This document shows, piece after piece, positions 1 through 10,754 of a stretch of 64,000 nucleotides of DNA. Under the pieces are notes generated by a model. That model saw only the letters and a program-made list of their open reading frames with translations, was not told the DNA's origin and did not search any database. A program made the position numbers and the translations under genes. The DNA is from Raja brachyura. Taxonomy: Eukaryota. Each line of letters starts with the position of its first letter. Position 1 is the stretch's first letter. The stretch lies in the NCBI GenBank assembly GCA_963514005.1, contig OY740797.1, positions 18,786,001 to 18,850,000 of the forward strand, given 5' to 3'.

Positions 1-227
1 AGCAATTGACTATGCAGATCTCTGGGAGGGCAGTGAATATTCAAACATTATATTACATTAAGTGGCTTTCACTCCAACCGAGGTTCAATGGTTCCATCTG
101 CATTTTGCAGTTTTGCTCAAGGGTAAGCTGAGTGGATGAGCAGTCCTCAGACATGGAGGAGCATTAATGTGGTCAGTGCTCTAAACAATAATTCATCACT
201 ATCATAATTCCTTCTTTACCTTGCTAG

Positions 228-390
228 ATCCTCCTACTGCCTCTGGGCCTTCAGTCAAAATCGAAGATGTGGATTCTGAAGTGGATTCTTTACTATCAGG
301 ACATAACAAGTTGCCACCAATCCAATCATCCTCTTCAACATTCCACAATCGAACACTTACTGTGCCCGGCGGCCACAAGACACCACAAAG
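228..390 (+). CDS. CNGB1: CNGB1 exon (approx. human exon 17): DPPTASGPSVKIEDVDSE...RTLTVPGGHKTPQR
   Basis: ttgctag|AT acceptor, AAG|gtatga donor, 163 nt, phase 1 to 2. Resembles human PEVQVEDTDAD..DTLIVPSS. Confidence 0.8.
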
Positions 391-3329
391 GTATGATTGC
401 CAGATGCATATTTAGAAATGGTTTCAGAAGTAAAGTCAACTGAAGAATTGGAATTCCTCATGTTTTACTATGGATTTGTATTTTCAAACTGTGTGATACC
501 AAAGTAGAGACAGAATGGTCTAGTTGGCAGCCAAAATCACACAACGACATTACAGGATTGCAGTGACAAATAAAGTTCAATAAGACAATGCTGCATGTGG
601 GTTATAAAAATGATAGGTAATATGTTTCATAGGTGGGATCAAACTTGGCAAAGGCCTCAGACAGAAGCAAACAGAGATAAAACAAAAAGGATGCTGGAAT
701 TTATTAGCCGTACTATTTGAATTCAATTTATCATTGAATCATTCATGTTGAATTAAAACAAAAATGATGAGGTCAGTCAAGATATGGCTCTTTTGCAGAA
801 AAGTTCAGAATGACTAAGCAATTAAGTGGATGAATGAACTTAGTATGAATAATGATGAATTTAAAGTTTTGTATGGTTGAACTTGTGAAAAGTAGTATGA
901 TTGAATGATATAGGTTCAAATGAAGAAGGTTCAAAGGAAGCAGAGAAGTATAATTAACCTGTAAATGTTGTTAATTATTTTTAATTTACTGCTGATTCTG
1001 CACTACATTCCTTAATAATCACGTGTAGAAGCAAAAGAGTCAGGATCACGGTCCAAGATTCCTTAATTTTAAAAGAGCAATGGGAATGACAGATCCACAG
1101 AAGGCATCCTTATAAGATACTTAAAAGATTATAAAATAAAACCAACGTAAAAATTCATGGCTGAAAAGAAAGATGGCAGAAAATACTTATTTTTACTGAG
1201 ACCAATCAATAGCTGGAACAGTTTGTCAAGAAAGGAAATTAAAGAAAAAAGCCAGAGGAATGAACACCTGGGAATCTTAGGAGATTATTAATTTAACTCC
1301 CCTGGACAATTTTTACAACTAACTGTATCAAGGTAACATCAAAAGAAACTGGGATGTGTGTCACTCAGGATTTTTTTCACAGTGTGTTGGTCATCTAACA
1401 TGTGAAAAACTTTTGTTAGAAAACGTTCCTGTCATATTTCTGCATGCGGCTTTTTATTTGTATATGCTCTCCTTGTAAGTAAATGTCTAACACTAAATCC
1501 CGGCAGATTTGGCATCGCCAAGGTTTGGGGACCCTGTGTGAATGATTCAATGAGTTATAGAACAGAAAATATAACACCACTTCCTTATGCCACTTCCATC
1601 TGCTCTCATTTACATCAACCCCACCATCCAGATATTACCCAACTCCACATGCACAATCTCATTGTTTTTTTATGGTTTACTTTATGCATTCAGATCTGCT
1701 AAAGATCTGGATTAAGCGACCAACATTTCATGTTGTGGCCGTATTTTTGGACCTGTAAACAGTATAAAGTAGTGGATATTTGTAGTAGAAAAAATATTGT
1801 ATAGATTTCCACGATTATAGATCAGTAATATGTTATTAGAAACATGTACAATATAGTAGTGTACTGTAGTGGTAGTGTTAGACAAACAGCATGCCATGTT
1901 GCAATGGGACAATACTTTGTATCCTTTTGATGTTATATCTTTTTTTGTATATATTCCTTGTCTGATGGGCAATCTATCTCAAGGCTGGGATTTTAAAAGC
2001 CAGAGACTTGTCACAGCATCAGCCACATCTGGATTTGCCTGTGGATAGTTATTGTTGATTTGAAACTCTTAGGCTTGGGATCATCTCCAGCAAAGGCATC
2101 TGATTCTTGCAAAATCTCCCAATTTATAAGACCACGCTGTATTCAAGATACTTGTATACAATGAGAGAATAATTAATTTCCTCCTTATGTGGAGAGAAAT
2201 GAGCATATGTTTCAGGATCAGGCCACTCAGCCCTCCAAGTCTATACTGCCATTTAATGATTATGACTGATCCAGTTAGAAGTGCAACTCTGCACTCCATC
2301 TACTCAGTATAACATCTCACCCCTTGCTTATGCAACCTAGCTGTTTCAACCAACTCCATTTCTAGAAAGGCGGTAAAAAAAATTTTGCTCAAACATTGCT
2401 GTTGTCAAGAATAGAGGACACAATTATGAAACTAAGCAAGTCAATTCTGGTGTGAATAAAGTACCTGAATGGCAGGGCATACCCGAGGGATGTAGGCAGG
2501 CCATACAGGGCATGACATGACCCAAACACAAATATTTTATCAAACTATACATCAGAAGAGACCTGAACCTGGCACATGTAGTTGAGTCATATTGGATCAA
2601 TAATAGGTAGCCATGCTGAGCTCTATCTGTAGTCTATCAATGACCAAATACCTGGAATGATTTCAATGCCAGATTGTCAAATCTACATCATAAGAAGAAG
2701 CCCAAGTAGTAATTACTGTGTAGCGGCAGATTTTTATATCGTTCAAGAGATTACTCCCTCTAGCTGCTAAATGGACAGCATGGTTAAGGGGAATGTCTTC
2801 ATTCGCATGCAAGCTCTCAGTCAGAGACCTTCAGAGCTTCTTCACAAATAAGTCTTCAAAACTGTCTTTTGATTAATAAATTCTTTATTGTTGATGAAAA
2901 ACAATAAGGTACATCCAAACTTCTTCCGGCTCGTTTCTATAATCTTCATCGAACTCCACCTTATCGCTTTAAAGATTAGAAAACTCCTCGTGTCTCTGTT
3001 ACACTTCGCATGGTCGAAGGGTAAACCTTCTCCATGCTGGTCCAAAACTACAGTAACAACTAAGCTTCTGAGCAAGAATCTTAGCTCCAAACACGCCCAA
3101 AAATACTTCATAAATCTTACCCACAATATAACAGGCAGTCTAAAATTTAAAGACACATGCCATCATTAATGACACACAAAACAAGCCAAATGGCCGCTAC
3201 AGTTTGGAAAGACAAACCTCCCAACAATGCTCGCCAATCTGGACTGAGAATGCATAAAGTCCAACCTGAATCCCCCACAGTGATACAGTTCTCTGTTCTC
3301 TGCAGCGTCTGATCATTTCGAACGCATTA

Positions 3330-3394
3330 ATGTCTGAACAAAGCAAATCTGCCAAATACAACGCACAAGGTTATGATCATGGTGAAAGAAGAGG
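3330..3394 (+). CDS. Candidate alternative first coding exon of CNGB1 (MSEQSKSAKYNAQGYDHGERR-G)
   Basis: ATG at 3330, donor AGAGG|gtaggt at 3395 in phase 2, in frame with exon 4373. Also has an acceptor ctctgttctctgcag at 3305. Confidence 0.45.
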
Positions 3395-3609
3395 GTAGGT
3401 GTGAGGTACCTCCTTAAACTATCTAATTTTTATTGGGAAAATGATGGGACTTGAGGATTATAGGATGTAAGAAAAATAATTAAATTTAAACATATCCTCA
3501 TCTTCCATGCTCTTTGGCCTGATAGATATCCACCAGCTCCTTGGCAACTGTGCCCATGATCTCCGGCACCCTATTTTACCATATTACCATTACTATATTT
3601 TAACCCAGC

Positions 3610-3925
3610 ATTGGAGGTCACTACAGCCCAGTGCATCTGTGCCAGTTTACAGAGCAATCCTATTCCCACTCCTGCTAATTTTCCGTGAAATCAATTCTCT
3701 CCACATTCCTATCAGTTCGCACCTCAAAATTCTGCTATTCACTTGCACATGAGGGGCAGTTTACAATGACTAAATAACTTACCTTTGAAAGTGGTAAGAA
3801 ACCAAAACACCTGGGGATATATTCACAACGAGGTTGTGCAGACTTCACAATGACACCGGTGGTTGGGATTGAACCCACATACTGGAGCTGTGAGGCAACA
3901 GCTCTATTACCTGCACCATTGGACT
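3610..3925 (-). mobile_element. Old tRNA-derived V-SINE (HE1-like)
   Basis: Reverse-strand B box (ggattgaacc at 3866), V-domain-like core and CR1-like tail. Similar to the 47.7 kb copy. Confidence 0.6.
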
Positions 3926-4372
3926 GTCTCTTATAGTTTCAGTCTGCTGTAACTTACCACTTTTACATTGAGGAGAGAGGGAGATATGCTGCAATATGTG
4001 TGTACACCATGTCCATCATGATTGCATATTGAGAAATGCATGTAGCATATGAGATGTGTACATGTATGAGCTGGAGTAGAGTTTGTTGGGAGATTAGCCG
4101 TAGTTTCAATCTACTTTAACCAACTATTAAACAACCCTCATATTAGAGCTGTTTCTTCAGCTCTTTCCTACTACTGCTTCCTATCATCTTGTGGAAGTTT
4201 ATTGGATCTTCAAATGTGCAGAACTGTTGGTGAAATAAGGCACACTTGGATCCGTGTTGCCACTTTTTCCCAGTGCTCCTCATGCTACACAATGATTTCC
4301 AGCAGTGATTGGGTTGAGTGCTTTTATTATTTATGAACAATAAGCAGTAATGGCACTTCTTTCATTGAACAG

Positions 4373-4471
4373 AGGGAAGCCTTCTTCCCATGAAGACAGT
4401 GTAGATGAGCAGTCTCAGGAGATACCCGGACAAGCTTGGCAGAGCCAAACCAATCTTCAGGTTGAGTATAG
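4373..4471 (+). CDS. CNGB1: CNGB1 exon: GKPSSHEDSVDEQSQEIPGQAWQSQTNLQVEYR
   Basis: ttcattgaacag|A acceptor, TAG|gtcagt donor, phase 2 to 2, fits both neighbours. Resembles human KKLPSEDDE..VAWS. Confidence 0.8.
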
Positions 4472-5060
4472 GTCAGTAATTTTATTGACCAACAGTTGTT
4501 TAATGGTTGATTATAATTACGTTTTTCTTCCAGCTTACTTTTGAAAATGTACCTTTCCACCACTGTTTCAAGAAGTTATCAAAAGGTGATGACTGAAATA
4601 ATATCAAAACGACAATTTTCTGATTCTCGATGATTGTGGGTTGCGGCAATGTGCTGAGATCACAGCAAACCTAGGACATTCTAGGTGGCCTGAAATTTGC
4701 TTTATTGTTCCATTTAAGAGTTTGACAAGATTCACATGAAATTAGTGTAAAATACTATCAGTGTTATTGTTAATAAGTATCTTAATGTATATTGGAAAGT
4801 ATAGATGGTGGGAAGATTTAACTCAGAAATGTGGTAATTGTGAAAGAGAGCAGGAAATGTATCCTCCTTACCTGGACTGATCGATATGTAACTCCAGACC
4901 CACCAGTGTTGTTGATTCTGAAGAATCTTCAGGTAAAGAGGGGGATAGGGCATCATAGATAAATTTCTTTAATCATTTACTCTTAACTTTTTTGTCCTTG
5001 TTGCTTGAAACATGACTGGGTTTGTACTAGCCAATCATACATATTTCTGACCAGCAGTCA

Positions 5061-5746
5061 AAGGTTCAACGGTCAGTTTATTGTCATATGTACCAATTAA
5101 GGTACAGTGAAACTTGAATTACCATACAGCCATACTAAAAAAGAGCAACAAGACGCACAACTACATAAAAGTTAACATAAACATCCACCACAGCGAATTC
5201 CCCACATTCCTCACTATGATGGAAGGCAATAAAGTCTAAACTGCTTCCTCTTTTTCTCTTCCGTGGTCGGGCCAGTCGAACCATCCGTAGTCGTGGCAAT
5301 CGAAGCTACTGCGTCGGGTCGGTTGAAGCTCCTGTGTTGGGGTGGTCGAAGTTCCTGTGGTCTGGTGCTCCCGAAGTCGGTCCCTAACCAGGGACTGCGA
5401 GCTCCACAATGTTAGTCCACAGGCTCCCGCAGTTGGAGCTCCAAGGTCGATCCCCGACAGGGGTCGCCAGCTCCGCGATGTTAAGTCCGCAGGCCCCCGC
5501 GGTTGGAGCTCCCGAAGTCGATCTCCAGCAGAGGCCGCCAACTCCACGATGTTATGCCGCAGTGCGGATGGAGATACGATACGGAAAAAAAAATCGCATC
5601 TCCGTCGAGGTAAGAGATTTAAAAAAGTTTCCCCCAACCCCCCACATAATACTAGCTAAAAAACATAAAAACATACATTTAACACATACTGAAAAAAGAA
5701 CAATGAAGGAAGGGACGAGACAGACTGTTGGCGAGGCAGCCATTGC
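5061..5746 (-). mobile_element. GC-rich non-autonomous retroposon with Rex1/Babar-like 3' tail
   Basis: Homologous to 41672-42465. The 3' end (reverse strand) has a tgtacc..ggtaca stem-loop plus tgacaataaa. Internal tandem repeats (gctccgcgatgttaagtccgcagg). Confidence 0.65.
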
Positions 5747-6459
5747 AGGCAGAGATTCAACATTGTTCTGGTCACAGAAAAGGATCTACGATCATCCATT
5801 ACAATCGTTCCATTCTTTTACTTGTATATAGCTTGATTGTACTAATGTATGGTTTGATTTGACCAGATAGCAAGCAAAACATGTTTTTCATTGTATCTTG
5901 GTACATGTGACAATAAGAACATGAATCTAACCTCTCTAGTTACTGATTGATTTTTCATACCCACTTTTCTGCAGGTTATCCACTCCCTCAAACATTATAC
6001 CTCTAAACCAATGTTCTGTTACCTTGTGCAGGAACCTTTTATGTGGCAAATGCCTTCTGGAAATCCAATCATTCTGCGTCACCTTTATCACAGCCTCAAA
6101 TAACTCTAGCAAATTTGAGAAATATGATTAACTGTATTAACTCTTGAGTGAATTACAATTTTCTCAATGTCATGTTATTTTTCTGTTAATAATGGATTCC
6201 ATGAATTTCCCAGAGTTCAGCAAACAGACCATTAATTTCCTGCCTTCTGTCTCCCTCCGTTCTTGAATATAGGCCATAATGTAGGGAGTTTTAATTGATA
6301 TAGTCAATGTGCATGACATCTAGTGCCTTGGGTTGTATTTTTGATATTGATGTTTTTAGTATAGCTGCGTAAATTACAGTTTTAATGTCTGCACATGATT
6401 GCACATTACCTAGTTGGAAAATCAAGGGGACTAAATTCATCCTTATTGTTCCGTTTTAG

Positions 6460-6611
6460 ATCTCCACAGGGTTCAACTTCAAGTATTACGAGTGCTATTG
6501 TTAATGAGCGCCTCCAGGAATTAGTTAAACTCTTTAAAGAACGAACGGAACGGGTCAAAGAAAAGCTAATTGACCCCGAGGCATCTGAGGATGAGGGAAG
6601 TCCAACAGCAA
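6460..6611 (+). CDS. CNGB1: CNGB1 exon with N-terminal calmodulin-binding site (CaM1)
   Basis: [35 protein letters not shown]. ttttag|A acceptor, A|gtaagt donor. Confidence 0.95.
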
Positions 6612-6718
6612 GTAAGTAAAGGGGGATTTGGGACTGAGTTCAAGACCTGATGGTTGGGGTGGAACTGGCAGAGTGTTTGTTTTAAATAACAACGTGAAAT
6701 GATAAAGTCGTTCTACTT

Positions 6719-7217
6719 TAGGTAGACAAAAGTGCTGGAGAAACTCAACGGCAGCATCTATGGAGCGAAGGAAATAGGCAACGTTCTGGGCGGAAACCCT
6801 TCTTCAGACTGATGGAGGGGGGGGGGGGGGTGGGGCGGGGAGAAGAAAGGAAAAAGGAGGAGGAGGAGCCAGAGGGCTGAGGGAAAGCTAGGAATGGGAG
6901 GAGACAACAAGGGCTAATGGAATTGGGAGAATTCAATGTTTAAGCCACTAGGGTGCAGACTGCCCAAGCGGAATATGAGGTTCTGTCCCTCCAATCTCCG
7001 GTGGTGCTCGTTCTGGCCATGGAGGAGGCCCAGGACAGAGGTTGGATATGGAATGGGAGGGGAGTTGAAGTGCTGAGCCACCGGGAGGTCAGGTCGGTTA
7101 ATGCGGACCGAAACGTTGCCTATTTCCTTCGCTCCATAGATGCTGCTGCTCCCGCTGAGTTTCTCCAGCACTTTTGTCTACCTTCGATTTTCCAGCATCT
7201 GCAGTTCCTTCTTAAAC
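6719..7217 (-). mobile_element. Truncated Penelope-like element with inverted terminal repeat, ~14-bp TSD
   Basis: Reverse-strand GIY-YIG C-terminus (PDLPVAQHFNSP..FRLGSLHPSGLNIEFS), then a + strand copy of the terminus from 7108. Flanked by aagtcgtt(c/t)tactt at 6705 and 7218. Confidence 0.85.
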
Positions 7218-7859
7218 AAGTCGTTTTACTTAATGGTTTCTCTGAGCCACTGAGTGAACTACAATGAGGGTTTCAGAAACATGATCGAGTGGCATGAATT
7301 TGGAGAAACACAAGAAGGTGCAAACATAGCAGTAGAGTTTCAGGGCTCAGAGGGTTATCATACAAACTTGGCAGACCATAATATGGGTTATAAGCCATGA
7401 AACCATGCTATCCCATGCAAATACCAGAGACAGCCCTGCAGAATGAGGAGGATGGGGGATGAGTATCTGAGGTGGTTGGAAGTATGGGTGGAGGAGAGGG
7501 GCATGGGAGAAAATGCAGGATTGGTATTTCAGTTATTCAACTGATCAAAGTTATGCAGATTTTCTCCCTTTTTTACACCATAGTTGAAGTTTACTGTAAT
7601 ATGTTAAAATTTGATTTCTAATTCATAAGAATTTCTTAAGAGGCGGATGGACTTGTTCATCATTGTTATTGTTACTTATCCACTGTTTTTTTTATCCCTT
7701 AAAAGTTGCATTAGTGAACAACCACATTGTTAAGGAGTGATACATTTACATCATATATATTTTTATTCTCCTTTTGTAGACAACATTGATAAAACACGTT
7801 TAAGTTAGCAGTAAAATAAAGAATAAGTATATTTGGTTAGAACATGCTTGGTACAGCCC

Positions 7860-8600
7860 AGTAGAGCCATAGAATCATACAGCATGGCAACAGGCCTTTG
7901 GCCCAACTTATCCATGCTGAGCAAAATGCTCCATCTAAGCTAGTCCCATTTGCCCACCTTGGGTCCATATCCCTCTAATCCTATCTGGTCCATGTACCTG
8001 TCAAATATATTTTAAAAGTTGTATTTGTACCTGACTCAAGTTCTTCCTCAGGCAGCTTGTTTTATATACCCACCATCCTGTGTGTGAAAAAATTGTCACT
8101 CAGGTTCCTATTCCCCTTTCACCTTAAACCTATTCCCTCTAGTTCTAAATTTCCATACCCTGGGACAAAGACTCTTTGCATTCATCCTCTCAATTCCCCT
8201 CATGATTTTATACACCCCCATAAGATCACCCTCCTGCGCTGCAAGGAGTAAATTCCAAACCTACCCAGCCATCCTCTGTTGTTCAAGCCCTCAATTCCTG
8301 GCAATATTCTCACAAATCTTCTCTGCAATCTTTCCAACTTAATGGTATCTTCCCCAGAGCTGGGTAACCCAAAACTAAACACAATGCTCCAAGTGTGGTC
8401 TCACCAACATCTTGTACGAGTGTAACATAACTTCCCAACTTCTCTAGTCAATTCTATGATTGATTAAGGCCAACATGCCAAAATATGCCAAAATCCTTGT
8501 TCATCTTCCTATTTATGTGCAAACCACTTTCAGGGACCTTTGCACTTATACTAGATCCATCTGCTTACACCACTCCCTAAGGCCCCACTGCTTACTGTGA
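7860..8600 (-). mobile_element. CR1 LINE 3' fragment
   Basis: ORF2 C-terminus remnant (IKLERLQRRFVRILPGIEGL..YSLQRRR) and CR1 tail. Confidence 0.85.
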
Positions 8601-8972
8601 AAATATAGCTGCTGTCCACAGTAGAATCTACCATCTAGCCCTGCGTCAACGCCCTCAAAGATTCCCAACACCCTCCTATTGGTGAATCTCAACTGAGGTT
8701 GGTATTATCTTCCAGTTGATATGCTCTAAATTCTGTCCTAACCTCTGAACCAGAGGCACTGCCCAAAATGGCAGGATGTTGGTTGGAGGATACTATTGTG
8801 ATGGCCGTACTTTCATTAAAGCCCGACTTCACTCGCAAATTCTTCCTTTGGAAGTTCATGAGGGCATGAAGGGCAGTAGAAAAAAATTACTTCTTTCTAT
8901 TGAGTTGTTCCATTAGAGAGCTGAGGTATTTCTAACTATCTTACGTATAAACCTTTTTACATGTCACCACAG

Positions 8973-9140
8973 CACCTGCGAAGAGGGCCCCGGAAGCCTC
9001 TCTCCCAGCTGCAGATGAAAAGAAAGAGGAGCTGGAAGAGGAGCACTACTGTGAAATGATATGCTGCCGATTTAAAACAACACCTTGGATCAGACGGATC
9101 AAAGCAGTGGGGCTTCCATCCAGTGTTGATCCTTTCAGCA
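8973..9140 (+). CDS. CNGB1: CNGB1 exon: PAKRAPE...EEEHYCEMICCRFKTTPW...SVDPFS
   Basis: caccacag|CA acceptor, A|gtaggt donor. EEEHYCxMxCCxFK motif of CNGB1. Not in the ORF track, translated by hand. Confidence 0.93.
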
Positions 9141-10345
9141 GTAGGTTAATTGAGACAGTCTTTGAAAGTTTGAAACTATGGTAGCCTGAATAGTGGATGG
9201 GTCCAAATGCTAACCAGTCAACAATCATGGTACCTGACGCAAACAGATCCTACTTGGGCCGAACATGGCCAACAAGGTTTTTTCCGAAGAGTAGGTAGTT
9301 AGCCAATATGTGTGAAGGGCCAAGATCCTAGCCATGGAAAAGCTGATTTATAGGTACTCATCTGAACATTGCAAAGGGAACTAAACCTGATAGACAGGAA
9401 TAGTGATCAGGTTTCCATCACAGCAAGACTGTTCACCAGAAACCAGTCAACAGTTTTGAGCCTGAGAGTTAACAAATTAATAGAAAAGAGTTTACAATCT
9501 CCACATCTCACAGGTATCAATATTTCAGGTCAAGTGGGAAAGGCAATAAGGGAAGTTCCTCATTGTTTGACTGCATGTTTCCAGCACTCTTGATCTGCAG
9601 CCACCCTGGTTAGAAAGTCCATGAGGAGCAGAACTTACGACTAATTGTCGACTAAACATATGTCCAGAGATCAAAGAAAAGGGAAGATGCTGAAAACCTG
9701 AAATAAATCAGACAATTCTGGAGATACTGAGCAGGTCAGGCAGCATCGGCGAGGGAGAAACAGAGTTAACGTTTCAAGTCTGAAACATTAGACATAAATT
9801 AGGTTAGAGTGATGGTGTAGTCGCTTGTTGATACTATTTTTGTAGAGCCATTAATCCAAGTGTGTTCCGCAGAAGAAGGAATGGTTTTATCAGACAACGC
9901 CTCGTCATCTTCTAAGCTATTAATTATCAGAACCAGAGATGCAATTGGCAGGAAATAATGAATCTGGTATATTCAGTACTACATACTGTGGTAGACTCTG
10001 TACTGCATTAACTTTATTTTCACTCAGTGGTATAAGTTTACTATAGGGTAAAAAACAGCCTACTTCCATAATATCACCCACTTTTTTCCCCATGGACCAT
10101 ACACAATGCTAACTATAGTAAAGTGTTTTCCTTGCTGTGGTTGTTACTCTGCATCCTGCTCATGTGCTGTGACTGTGACCTTATTATTGCAGCCATTATA
10201 TTAGAAGCAATTAGTCGGTAAATGGAAATCTTCATTCATTCAGTGCAAACGAGTACAGTGGCCACTCTGTTGTGTCTGTAGGTAGTTATATTCCTCTGCA
10301 ATACTAAACCCATTGTAACACAGTTATTTTTGTTTTCTATCATAG

Positions 10346-10554
10346 ATCCATTATACGTTCTGTGGTTATCCATCGTTGTATTGGCCTGGAATTGGAATGT
10401 TTGGCTAATCCCTGTGCGTTGCACGTTTCCCTATCAAACACACGATAACATCTATATATGGCTTTTGATCGATTATTTTTGTGATTTCATTTACCTGATG
10501 GACATGCTTGTTTTCCAGTCCCGCCTCCAGTATGTAAAAGGAGGAGACATTATA
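10346..10554 (+). CDS. CNGB1: CNGB1 exon, S1-S2
   Basis: [43 protein letters not shown]. catag|AT and ATA|gtaagt. Confidence 0.96.
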
Positions 10555-10754
10555 GTAAGTGATCATTTCAATTTATTTTGTGATTAATAAAACTTACTCT
10601 TGTAGTCTCCTATGCCAGCAATATGTGCCCTTTATAGATCTTAACAGCACCAGTGCAGAAAATACTGGAGCACATTTTTTTGGATCTTCACACCTTTTGT
10701 CAAAGTCAGCAAATTAAGAAAGGTAGCAAGGAGAAATAAAAATCCGTACATGTA

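Noticed and set aside
5390-5560. Repeat-spacer-like pattern suggestive of a CRISPR array
   Set aside because: Vertebrate intron, degenerate tandem units without unique spacers, no cas genes.
5236-5831. Overlapping 105-140 aa ORFs on both strands
   Set aside because: They lie in a GC-rich tandem-repeat retroposon, and the second copy at 41.7 kb does not preserve them.
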